Shown piece by piece: positions 63,477-64,000 of a stretch of DNA of 64,000 nt (position 1 is the first letter of the stretch; each line of letters opens with the position of its first letter). The stretch spans positions 20,398,001 through 20,462,000 of the forward strand of contig OZ076414.1 of assembly GCA_964187785.1 (NCBI GenBank). The letters are read 5' to 3'. Position numbers and translations under genes: made by a program. The notes under the pieces are model-generated. The model was not told the DNA's origin and did not search any database. It was given only the letters and a program-made list of their open reading frames with translations. The stretch is from Amphiscolops sp. MND2022 (lineage: Eukaryota).

Positions 63477-63786
63477 AACGATATATGAAACTATTTAATG
63501 ACTTAGGCGAAATGACTCAACTAAATTTTTAGGCGAAATGGCATTAGGCGAAATGACCTGCATTCCATACATCGCATATGCCCCACATTATATAAACTAA
63601 AAGTCTGCCATTTGACAAATTCGAACTATTTCCAAAAAATCGCACGTTCGAACCTTATCAGTCGGTCAGTTTTCGGTCTTAAACTTTGGACTTATTCTTT
63701 CGGACTTATGGTCGGACTAAAAAGTTCGGACCTATTCTTTCGGACCTATTATGACAGTCCCTGGTCTACTGGTATAGTGGGTGGTA

Positions 63787-63930
63787 CAGGGTTTTCGATC
63801 CCGATTCGATTCTCGATTCCCGATTCCAAATTTTTCAAATTCGATTTTCGATACCCGATTCCGATTCCCAGGGCGGCGATTCCGAATAATCCAGGGTCCC
63901 AGACAAAACCGGGTCGATTCCGACTCTATT
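63787..63930 (+). mobile_element. Possible left end of a hAT-like MITE with CGATTC repeats
   Basis: Starts CAGGG exactly where homology to the host repeat (15965 onward) stops, followed by a CGATTC(C) array. No right end or TSD identified. Confidence 0.35.
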
Positions 63931-64000
63931 TTTTTGAGAAAGATGCACTACACACTTTTTCATGGAATTTGTTTTTTTCAAGAATTAGGAAATCACTTTT

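Larger units (their letters stand above)
59630..63502 (-). mobile_element. Full-length, apparently intact CR1-type LINE
   Basis: Uninterrupted ORF1 and ORF2, about 26-nt 5' UTR, (CTA)n tail, possible CTTAG target duplication (59628-59632, 63502-63506). Confidence 0.92.
59223..63565. mobile_element. MULE-like MITE (GGTCATTTCGCCTAA repeats), inserted into the GC cassette of the outer MITE
   Basis: Direct repeat CATACATCG at 59214-59222 and 63566-63574 (8-9 bp TSD); inverted TTTCGCCTAA/TTAGGCGAAA arrays; carries its own partial cassette at 59400-59547. Confidence 0.8.
58785..63760. mobile_element. MULE-like MITE (AATAGGTCCGAA repeats), outer layer of a nested stack
   Basis: 8-bp TSD CTGGTCTA (58777-58784, 63761-63768); the empty site is visible at about 15944-15951; inverted GTCCGAA/TTCGGAC arrays. 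Confidence 0.8.

Overview
AT-rich eukaryotic, probably invertebrate, genomic window that is mostly transposable elements. The only host gene I can name is a multi-exon TRAF3IP1/IFT54 orthologue on the minus strand (exons at about 1.4-5.8 kb; first exon not found). Elements identified: Helentron-type non-autonomous elements (HINE/DINE-1-like), three of which carry tRNA-like Pol III boxes; an RT-deleted BEL/Pao LTR element in tandem configuration; a 512-bp hAT derivative; several MULE-like MITEs that share one GC-rich structured cassette; a decayed Copia; three CR1-type LINEs, one with intact ORFs and an in-frame TGA between ORF1 and ORF2; two I/Jockey-group-like LINEs; and a dead Gypsy element amplified 4x in tandem (about 4.77-kb unit). 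The most striking signal is a ~230-bp repeat present twice. One copy has been inflated to more than 10 kb by successive TSD-flanked insertions. Both copies carry a hammerhead-bearing Penelope-like insertion at the same target site, in opposite orientations. All alignments and counts were done by eye; boundaries marked approximate need computational confirmation.
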